From assembly GCA_003427395.1 (NCBI GenBank), contig BFEA01000023.1, forward strand, positions 4,097,567 through 4,145,352: a DNA stretch of 47,786 nucleotides, given 5' to 3'. Shown here piece by piece: positions 23,098 to 32,750 of the stretch (positions are counted from its first letter, which is position 1; the number at the start of each line of letters is the position of its first letter). The stretch is from Chara braunii. Lineage: Eukaryota; Plantae; Charophyceae. Below the pieces are notes generated by a model, which saw only the letters and a list, made by a program, of their open reading frames with translations, made no database searches and was not told the DNA's origin. The position numbers were made by a program, and so were the translations under genes.

Positions 23098-23248
23098 ACC
23101 ACCAGTACTTCCTAAAGTCGTGCCCGTTAACGCTATGCAATTTTAGGAAACGTACGGGCCACTACAGGAGCGCCCAAATTCATCCGACTAGAAACGTTTC
23201 TACTCTATTTTTTTTCCACGGCCGATAGCTGGGCCAAGTACTGGTGGT
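23098..23248. mobile_element. TTAA-flanked MITE (best-preserved copy)
   Basis: 13-bp perfect TIR ACCACCAGTACTT; TTAA at 23094-23097 and 23249-23252. Confidence 0.85.
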
Positions 23249-24109
23249 TTAAGACTAAGAGGCATTGGATCAGATCACGGGGCAAGACACAACAGTGGAT
23301 CTGGCTCATGCATTTTCCATCTAGACCTTTTTTTTTTTTTTTTTTTTTTTTTTTTGAAAGGGCTACGCCACACTCTGCTGCAGTGCAATACAGAGGCAAC
23401 ACTGGAGGGATCGAGTAAGCGAGCTTACCCGTATGACCCCTCCGTGCCCCAGAAAAAAATAAATTATGATCTTGTGGTCCGATGGACCACGGAAATGCTC
23501 TGCAGGGTATTTCGATTGTATGTGACCATAGGCTAAGGCGTACCATCCCCTGTCTGACGCGTGCACCCCTGGCCTAAATATTCATTGGGTTGTGCAGCTT
23601 GTGCTACAATCCACAAACTTACCATCAGTACCTCCACGTTTTTTTAAGGCCGTTAACGCGGAGGCTGAATCGGTGCGCCGCGCGGGTCCATATGCATTTG
23701 CATCAAAGCCTCCCCAGAAGGGGTGGGGGGCTAAGACCCCCTGGTGGATCAGATCAAGGGGCAAGACACTGACTCGTGCAATTTCCATCTACGCTTTTCA
23801 TTCCCGACGGAAGGCTCTGCAGGGTATTTCGATTGTACGTGAGGATAGGCTGAGGCGTACCATCCCCTGTCTGGCGCGTGCACCACTTGCCTAAATAGTA
23901 AATATTCATTTTCAATTGTACGTGACCATAGGCTGCGGCATACCATCCCCCCGCTCTGACACGTGGATCCCTGGCCTAAATATTTGTTCCTGTGAAAAGG
24001 CTGTAAAAGATTTCAGAAGTGAACCCCCAACTCAAAGTTCTGCTTTTCTTTTCTTTGTATTGTGAGGGTTGATTAGAGTCCACAAATGTTAAGTCTGTTA
24101 TCCGGGCTA

Positions 24110-24214
24110 CCGTCTTTACCCGAATATAGTGCCCTGTCATTATGACTGCATCTAGACTGAAAGTTCCACCAAATACAGCTATGATGACCGGGCGTTCTAT
24201 TCGAGTGGAGGTGG
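24110..24214. mobile_element. TA-flanked MITE (TIR CCGTCTTCACCCGAATAGAACG-like; Tc1/mariner type by inference)
   Basis: ta-ccgtctttacccgaata...tattcgagtggaggtgg-ta; homologues at ~875-983, 17358-17480, 25757-25873, 40479-40593, 43293-43402. Confidence 0.65.
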
Positions 24215-24658
24215 TAGCAACAGCCTGACTGGCCCTGACACTACGGTCAAAGTGCAGCTGGGCAGCGATCCAAGTATTTTACGGGGGACGACGTCCCATT
24301 CTCAATTGGCCAGGATTGAGAATGGTGTGTAGCAGTGAAAACACCCACATCTGCACAGCGATGTCGTGCAATCCCACAGTCAGTGCTTTTTTTCCTAACG
24401 AATAACTATCGCCACATCATGTTTTCGAGTTTCAGTCCGCAACAAAAAACCAGAACTCGGAAGCACATTTGTGAGATTAGACCGCAAACGGCGCAAAGAA
24501 AAAAGAAAAGAGTTTTTGACAACAAAAATGTTCACCGGGCTAGCTCAGCTTGCATAACAATGAACTGTTGAAAAACGACCTTAGAAAGGTACATGCAATC
24601 ACCTCTGCATGAAGTAAATCAAAATTCTTGCACTTATCCAATCCTTTTTGCTAGCGGG

Positions 24659-24728
<70 letters not shown>

Positions 24729-25076
24729 ACCTGGCCTTCTTACCAGTGTTTTGGACATCCAGTACGCACCCTGTATCACCTAACATGACAATCGCAACAC
24801 ACCAAATCTGCTTTAGCAGTGATTTCGACATCCATTAGCACGTTGTAGTTCCTATAGCAACAAACTTAAACTGCAGGTTAGGCTTCATATAGCAACAAAC
24901 CTAACCTTCACAATTCGTTTCCTGTATAGCAACCCGCAGGTTACATTTCCTACAAGCAGCGACCCGAAACCTGCAACGTACCCAAGCAACACACCACACC
25001 CTCCGAAAAGATTAAAAGATAAAAAAAAAAAAAATCGACATGGACCCAATGATGTATCAGGTTGCGTTCAAAGACC

Positions 25077-25211
25077 GACTCCAGTTCCCTCTCCGACTAC
25101 AAGCACGTAAAACCTGTGTCTTCAATTCGAGGGAGGGAGAATGACTCCAGTTCCCTCTCCGACTACAAGCACGTAAAACCTGTGTCTTCAATTCGAGGGA
25201 GGGAGAATGAG
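25077..25211 (+). repeat. Perfect 66-bp tandem duplication
   Basis: GACTCCAGTTCCCTCTCCGACTAC...GAGGGAGAAT twice. Confidence 0.9.
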
Positions 25212-25476
25212 TGAAACGCGGCTACCCGCTAGCTGATCACATCGTACCAGTTGGGGCCCATATCTACAATCGGGGGAGAACAAGTAGAACGCCTGTCTTC
25301 TATTCGGTGAAGAACAAGTAAACCATTTGTTTCCTATTCAGGGAAGGAGCGTGTCTTCCATCCGAGCAGGAAGAAAAAGTAAATCGCATTCCTGCCCGTA
25401 TTTGGTGAAGGACAACGCGCTCCAGATTCAAGAATTAAATCCAATCCTGTTTGCTACTGGGACCAGGCCCCAGGTC

Positions 25477-25639
25477 GGCAAAAGGCTAGACTCACTCTAA
25501 TCTGGCAGAGCTCACCTCGGGAGCAGTGTGGGGCCTGATCCTTCAACTGCTGGCGGATGGCAAAAGGCTAGACTCACTCTAATCTGGCAGAGCTCACCTC
25601 GGGAGCAGTGTGGGGCCTGATCCTTCAACTGCTGGCGGA
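25477..25639 (+). repeat. Perfect 82-bp tandem duplication
   Basis: GGCAAAAGGCTAGACTCAC...CTGCTGGCGGA twice. Confidence 0.9.
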
Positions 25640-25741
25640 CTGGATTGGGGCTGAGACCCTCTCAAAGACACCATGGAAGAAACTGAATTTGAGATCGCAA
25701 TTCCAAGCACTGGGCTGTGGTGTAAACCGACAGATAACTCA

Positions 25742-25985
25742 GGGCATACTCACACTACAGTCTTCACCCGAATAGAACGCCCGGTCACTATCGCTGAATC
25801 TAGACTGCCGGTCATTATCGCTGTATCTAGACATAAAGTTGCCCCATATACAGCTATAATGATGGGAGATGGTAGGGACTTTTTCTACTATGCTGTGGAC
25901 GTGATTGCAGTCAGATTCATCCAAGTCGGGCTGCAATTGCGGTCAGATACACTCAGGAAAGTGCTACTGTAGTGCGAGTATGCCC
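25742..25985. mobile_element. Harbinger-like MITE containing a nested TA-MITE (25757-25873)
   Basis: Termini GGGCATACTCACACTACAG / CTGTAGTGCGAGTATGCCC; flanks tca/tcc. Confidence 0.7.
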
Positions 25986-26224
25986 TCCGAGAAGGTGATC
26001 TACCAAATGTTTTGGGGACAAAGGATTTCTGCAGCCAAACAACGGATTTTTTATGCCTCCTCTCTTTTTGTTTTTGAAAGGGCGACCACCTTGAGATAAT
26101 CATCGTGAATGTATCGGGCCGCAGTCACGAGAGATACATTCATTCCGGAAAGTGCTACGTAATTCAGAAATTTCATTTCCTCCCTTTTTTGAAGTTTTTT
26201 CTCTCGTTTTTTTTTTTTGAAATA

Positions 26225-26355
26225 ACTGCGCGGGTGACTGCTGCACAGTTTCGAATTGGCAGGAACAACAGTCCACTGCAAGCTTGGGCGAAGACCAGTT
26301 CGCAACTGCAAGAAAAACAGTAAGGTGGGCGCACGACGGCCTACCGGGGCTGTCG

Positions 26356-26390
<35 letters not shown>

Positions 26391-27010
26391 TTCTTTTTCT
26401 TTTTTTTCCGCACCTCTGGCAAAAACAGGAGGTGGCAGTCGTGTTTTTGTTTGTTTGTTTTTTTTGCACCACCTTTGGCAAAAACAAGAGGTGGCAGTCG
26501 TGTTTTCTTTTTTTTTTTTTGCACCTTCCAACTTTTTAACTTTTTTTCCACATCTGCGACTTTTTTTTTTTTCTTTCCACGCCTGCTTATGCCACGGCAG
26601 CGCAGTCTAGGCCACACCCGTGGCTGGGCCATGGCCGAGATGTCTTGGCCACGCCCATGGCTGGGCCACGGCCGAGATGTCTAGGCCACCCCCGCGGCTG
26701 GGCCGCGGCTGAGATGCGTAGGCCACAACCCTGCGGAAACGAGCCAAAACTGGGAGGGCCTGCCACCGGTAACTGCTCCCAGGCCAGGCCACCGGTGTGG
26801 CCTAGACAGCTAGGCCATGGCAGGCGCAGGAAAAAAAAAGAAAAAAAAAAACACAACCGCCACCTCCCGTTTTTGCCAATTACTGAACCGGTAGGGCATC
26901 GTGCTCCCACCTTACTGTTTTTCTTGCAGTTTCGAACTGGTCTTCGCCCAAGCTTGCAGTGCACTGTTGTTCCTGCCAATTCGAAACTGTGCAGCGGTCA
27001 CAGGCGCAGT
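26225..27010. mobile_element. Foldback element with ~120-bp TIRs and an internal GGCC-rich 33-bp minisatellite
   Basis: 26225-26347 is the reverse complement of 26888-27010. The internal repeats (26600-26830) are related to the reverse complement of the 13794-13966 unit. Confidence 0.8.
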
Positions 27011-27194
27011 CGTCTCTCATTTTTTTTTCTTTCCCCTCTGTGTTTTAGAAAGGGCGACGGCCTTGAGATATCATTATCGAACTGACCGGCCATAGGTAAA
27101 ATTCAGAGCTACAGTATTTTACTCATCTGCTTCCATTGGAGTTCGAACTCAGGTCTGCATTCCAAAGGTCAGCGGTGTACGGCTAGGCCAGTTA

Positions 27195-28700
27195 GGGTCG
27201 ACACCACTACAAAACCCTTAGATGTAAGGTTATAACCGTTCCACCCCTCCCTAATCACGAAGAAAAAGAAGTCCAACTTGTTTTCACATTCGCGGCCGTA
27301 AGGGCAGGCCCTACAAAAGTAAGGACTCCCCAGCCAAAACTGAACTTAACATAAGGACTGCCGCGGTGGTGACTTGGGGCCTCGTTCCACGCCACTTATA
27401 AATTATCATTGTAAGGGCGCCCTAACTGGGCCAGGGTGATTAATTTACCCTAACTTTTTTTTTCGTTCCACAGCCCGTGAGGAAGACCCTACACTCACCC
27501 GCCATTACATCTCAGGTGAGGAGGGCCGGGTGTCAGGACCTCTACCTGTCGGGCAAAATGTAGGGTCCCACCCTTACATTTCTAGTCACCTCCGAGGGCT
27601 CCCTAAAGATTTTTGTCCTTTTGCCTGGGCCGCCCTTATTTTGTAAGGGCGGACCCTACCAGCCGAGAATGTGAAAACAGGCTCAGGGATTGATTTTGTT
27701 GTCATTAGGGAGTGGTGGAACGATGATTTTGTAAGGATCCTTACATTTGTAGTGGTGTCAAACGAGGCCCTTGAAAGTAGGAGGTGGCACCCACACATCC
27801 GCCAAAAAAAACTTTTTTTTTTTTTTTTGCTTTGTTTTTGACGTCCACGTGTGTCGTGGGCATTCCTGGTCCAACGGCGGTGTTGACCGGTAGACCGCAG
27901 GGCAACAGTCCCATTGCAACCTCCAATGGCCGTCCAGTGCCCCACCTGTGCCCCCGCAGTCCCTACGGTTTGCCATTTCGGCCGGCGTTTGGAGGCGACT
28001 GTTAAAGGGGTCCGTGCGGAGGCGGGTGAGATGGCCGTTGGTGGTCTTGGGTCCGTGTGGAGGCGAATGAGATGGCCATGCAGTGCCCCACCAGTGCCAT
28101 CCTCGCGGTCTGTCTGCGGTCTGTCTGCCAACAGGGCGAGTCTCCTCATCGCCGCCTCATCCCTTCAGCCGCCGTTCATACCAGAACTCCCTTGGGAAAA
28201 CACGCCACACAGCAGCCACGTGAAGCCACATGCCGTGCCATGACCGTAGAGTATTGGCACATGCAACATCGAAATCGCGCACGCAAGGACTCTAGAATGC
28301 AATTTGTGCGAAGCAAACTGGTGGTGCAGAATTTGAATTCGAATGGCGAGGGTTCGCGTGCACGTTCTCCTTGTGGGCGGATGTTATCGCGCACCCAGAT
28401 CACGGCCCCACCTGGCTTTGGGCCTGGCTTTGGGATGAGGCTGGACCGGGTGTCCCACGGGCCCAAAGGTGGTGGACACGATTTGGTCTGGCGCAACTGT
28501 GAGTTGGGCATTCGGATTCCTCTTTCGGCCGCTTAGAACGCAAATGGAGGCACCTGAAACGTAAGTGCGCCTAAGTGTAGGGTTTTTGTAAGTGGTTGTG
28601 GAACGAAAAACGGGGTAAGGGAAAATTAATCACTTTCTCATCATAGGCGCCCTTACAAAGTAAGGAGTAAGGATTTTGTAGTGGTGTCGAACCAGGCCCT
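27195..28700. mobile_element. Composite or nested TIR elements (GGGCCTSGTTCGACACCACTACAAA termini)
   Basis: Left ends at 27195 and 27376, right ends at 27771 and 28700, with repeated subterminal GTAAGG/CCTTAC motifs. Confidence 0.55.
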
Positions 28701-28751
28701 TGGTAGGATTTCATTTTTACTTTTGAGTCTGGATTCGATGAAATTTCATCA

Positions 28752-28924
28752 GACCAACTGGCCTAGCTCAGTTGGTAGGCCCCTGAACTTTGGACATACA
28801 GACTTTAGTTCGAACTCCACTGGAAACAGATGGTAGAAATTTCATTTTACTTCCATCTGAATTCGAGCTTACGCCTGTATTTCGAAATTTCATGGGTGTA
28901 CCGACTGAGGTAGGCCCGCCGGTC
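28752..28924. mobile_element. Palindromic element made of two inverted tRNA-like (A box/B box) arms
   Basis: Left arm gaccaactggccTAGCTCAGTTGGta...aGTTCGAACTCC; right arm reverse complement gaccggcgggccTACCTCAGTCGGTA...aGCTCGAATTC. Single arms also occur on the minus strand at 20036-20138 and 27088-27193. Confidence 0.6.
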
Positions 28925-30178
28925 CCCGCTAGTTTTCGAATGCCAGACTGGTCACTTTCACTTTGCCAGCTGAATTCACCCTACAGGACTCGAGCTTCAT
29001 GAGTTGAAGATGCGCGCCCTCCGGTAGGTGCCCCGACTACTCTTCTCCTTTCTCTTCCTTTTTTTAGTCTTTTCTTTTCTGTTTTTGGTTCTCTTTTTTC
29101 CCCTCTTCCTTTTTCTTTTCTTTTCTTTTCTTTTTTCGGTTCTCGTTTTTCCCCGAATGGACATTTCGATCAACATCATGCTATACGGAAAGCAAACCAA
29201 TGTCCCGAGGCCAAGTCCCACTTCCCCGTATCCTTCATTTCTGACCCTAGATTGCAATCCTTCACTTCTGACCCTTGATTGCAGAGATTTATGGTCAGAA
29301 ACGAAGAATTTTGGCAAGTAGGACTTGGCTCCCACAGCCCAGGTCCCACTTACCTGCATTATTTATTTCTGACCCTGGATTACAAAGATCAACGGCCAGA
29401 AATGAAGAATCCAAGCTAGTGGGACTTGGCCCCGAGTTGCGATCCGGGTCTTCACGTGCCGCCTGCTTCCAATGAAACGCGACCTGGAGCAGGGGCTAAC
29501 TTTTCTACGAGTTATCGATGGGCCTGGCTCAGGGCACACTCACACAAGGACATTTTTCCACATATTTGGATGGAATTGCGGCCGGATACATCAAGGTATG
29601 GTCGTGAATGCGGTCAGATACATTTGAGATACTGCTAGTGTGACTACGCCCTCAGTTGGTACACCTACCGGGGTAGTGCAGGAACTGCTGAAATACCTGA
29701 AATATTGTTAAAAAAAAAAAAAAAAAAAAAACCTGAAATACAGACGCGATCTCGAATCCATACGGAACTGGTTGAGTTAATTTCTGAAACACCTGGGGCC
29801 GGAAATGTTCAAAATGGCCCTCCGAGGCGCCGCGAAACGTCGGGTTAGCGCTCAAGCGCTCCGTTCCGTTCCGGTGTCGGCCGGCGGCCGTGATTCGCGC
29901 GTAAGGCTTTTCCTAGGCTGGCCGCGCTGCTACTTCCTCGTTCACTCCGCCATCGCTGATGGAGCACGAGGGCATGGTCTCACCCACACATCGTGGGTGC
30001 CGCTTGCCGGAGTCACCTGTGCCTTGAAGTAACCCATTTACACCTACAGTCGGTTGGTCACACGGTGGGTTTCACTACAATTGGATATGCACTCATTGAG
30101 AGCGGGTAACTAAACCAAGTTCAGGCGGGTTTAGACGGGTTCTTCTCGGGCTTATTAGAGAGAGAGGATAGGTCGACT

Positions 30179-32583
30179 ATGGCAGAGGCGGGTGACGAGG
30201 CTGGAAAGGGAGGAGGTAGGTCGCCACCGCCGCCCAATTTTTGGGTTATGGAAGATAGAGTCAGATACTCCATCGGACAATGCTATGATGAAGGCGTGTT
30301 GCCGATAGAACCCAACATGGGTGAGGTGGTCGAGGATGAGAGGGGTAGGAGGTTCAAGGTGAACGAGTCTCTCGATGCCATTAAAGAGAAGTGGTTGAAG
30401 GAGAGGACCGTGATCTTCATCTTCCAAGACGAGGTGAGGAACCTGGCACGAGGAGTGAAAGAGGATCTGATTTGTGCGTTAGAAGACGGGTGGCTTGCTA
30501 GGAGGCTGTTCAGTGCAGATGTCAGAAGAGGGCGCATTAAGTTTGAAGGTCCTAATGTCGTTTCCTGCGTGGCAAGGGCTTCGGAAGTGGGCACTTGGCT
30601 CATGCAGTTCGTCAAGACTGAGCTTGGCAGGTAAGGACTATCCAGTGGCCTTTAAACCATGGATGACCAAACCAGAGCTGAAGGAGATCCGCCTGAGAGA
30701 TGCAGAGACGAATTTTTGGAATGTAGCTCTCAGGGTGCCGCTGGAGGCTATGTACTACTTACCGAGTGCGGTGGAAGGCTTGATTGGGGGCCTCAAGCAG
30801 ATGCATGCGCCGGAAGCTGACAGATCGCGGCCTAAACTGATGAATGTGAAGAACGATATGGATCCTCAGGCCCGATTTAAGGTGGAAGACACGCTGATTA
30901 TCGAATCTCCGAAGGGTGAATGGTGGAAAGTGGAGGTGGCCACTCCTTATTCCGATTGGTGTAGCAAGCGCTGCTGGTACTTTCACACCGAGGAGAATTG
31001 TCCTCGACAGGGGTATGACAGAGGGCCTAGGGGGCAGGGGAACCCCAACCTAGCTCAACACCGTGCTCCTTCATTGTCGGACCCGGGAAGAGCAGCTCAT
31101 TCGGCGGATGGGGCTGGGAGACCAGACGCGGCACCGCAGGCATCTCAGGCTTCTCACGCACGGGGAGCGATCGGCACTCGTGATGCAGTCCGCCCTTCGC
31201 AGGGCTTCGCCACGTCAGCGCAGCCGGATAGAAGGCGAACGAACACGGCGCAGGCACGAGATCAGAGTGTGCTTGCCCAGTACCCTCACGTAATAGCGAA
31301 CCCCACGTTATCCCCCGCCCCTCATAACCAATCCTACTCCCTCCAAGCCGCCCAACCTCCCCCTCCACCTCCTCCTGATCGCGCACTAATGCCTGAATGG
31401 ACGATCCCTGGGGAGTGGCCAGCGTCTGTCTATGCAGCCCCTCACCCCGGGCAGTGGCAGGCTGCACCCAACCTCGCTCAAGGGCATCAGGAGGTTAATT
31501 ACCGTTTTCATCCTACGCATCACTCCAACCCCGATCCTTTCCACCCGGACCCAAGGTTCCTTTATGCCCCTCCACCGAGGTATGACCTTCCCTCTCTGCC
31601 TCCTTATCAGTCTCAGGGATATGAGTATGGCGCGCCCCAGTTCAATGCAGAAGGAGGAGGTGCGTTGCGTCCTCCTCCAAGCGCGACACCCAGGGGTGAG
31701 CCTTCTTCTCATACGCAGGGCTATTCTAGACTCCGTCTAGATCAGAGGCAGGATTTCTCACAAGGGGCGGTGCGTGATCGGGACGGGTACTTCAACGCGC
31801 AAAGCCACTATGATGACGGGCTGCTCACCACGAGGGATCGATTTCCTCAAGAAGATCGACCCCCGACTGCTACACCAGCTTCATCGGAATCGAAGGTACA
31901 GATGGGGAGCGACCTGATGGGCGACGAGTTGCCAGTTGGGCGGGGAGGTGATTTGCAGGCGGAAGGGTCAGAATCCTCCACGGGGAGTTCGTCCGGTGCA
32001 AGGGGGGGCAGAAACGCCTCATCTTGTAGACAGAGCCGAGGCACAAGTGGGGGTACAATTAAGAGTGATCAACGAGATGGGTTGATTAGGAAGGTAGTTT
32101 CGATAGTTTGTTCGATTACTAGTGCAGGGGCGGTATTCCTGGGCCATTCACAGTTAGATGGTCTCCCATTCCTCCCCATAGCAGACACGATCAGGTCGCC
32201 AACCCCGATGGAGATCATCGCCCTCACGAAGTCGTTGGGGAATCATTCCCGGTAAGGATAATCCCCAAATCTCTCATGATCGATATCGTGGTTCCAATCG
32301 AAGGGAGGACTTTTAAATTTTATACGATGTTTATGACAAAGTAGAATTTGATGTACCCGTAGGTACACGAGGAGATTGTCCGATCCTTGACGCACGAATC
32401 GACTCGCAAACAGCGGATGCCCTGGCAGCTATCGGTGTTCGCTGGTTCCAACTCGATGGGGTGAGGGAGAGAAATAGACAAGAGTTGGAAACCATCTCTG
32501 TCACAGATGGGATCTCGGCACTGTTACTACTGGATCTCAACCAGAATCTTCCTTCAGAATCTCCATACCAATTTCCTGATTAA
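30179..32583 (+). pseudogene. LINE ORF1 (gag-like), frameshifted
   Basis: ORFs 30179-30634 and 30495-32255 join by a frameshift near 30630. Degenerate zinc knuckle CSKRCWYFHTEENC, long Pro/Gln-rich linker, and a further frameshifted C-terminal domain to ~32583. Confidence 0.8.
32324..32379 (+). pseudogene. nad7: NUMT: nad7 fragment inserted in LINE ORF1
   Basis: 32323-32379 translates YDVYDKVEFDVPVGTRGDC, matching NAD7 PYDVYDxxxFDVPVGTRGDCYDRY. Third positions are A/T-biased, unlike the LINE, and removing 56 bp restores the LINE frame ...TFKFY|PILDARI. Confidence 0.85.
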
Positions 32584-32750
32584 TGCTCAAGCAGCACAGT
32601 GGCCCTCGAAGTCAAAGTCTTCACAGTCTGGGAGATCGTCAAGGCACAGTTCGATGGCCAGAACCCCTCTGGAGGAACGCAGAAGATGGGCGTCAGAAGT
32701 AGACTTGGATTCATCCCGCGTCCAATCAGAAGCGGAGGCAAATATGCGCC

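Noticed and set aside
27586-28536. GC-rich ORFs of 110-187 aa
   Set aside because: They lie inside nested TIR elements, overlap on both strands, include poly(A)-derived Lys runs and show no transposase motifs.
27203-28683. CACTA (En/Spm) element from CACTACAAAA...TTTTGTAGTG
   Set aside because: Inverted homology extends outward beyond CACTA to GGGCC-type termini, so CACTA is internal to the TIR.
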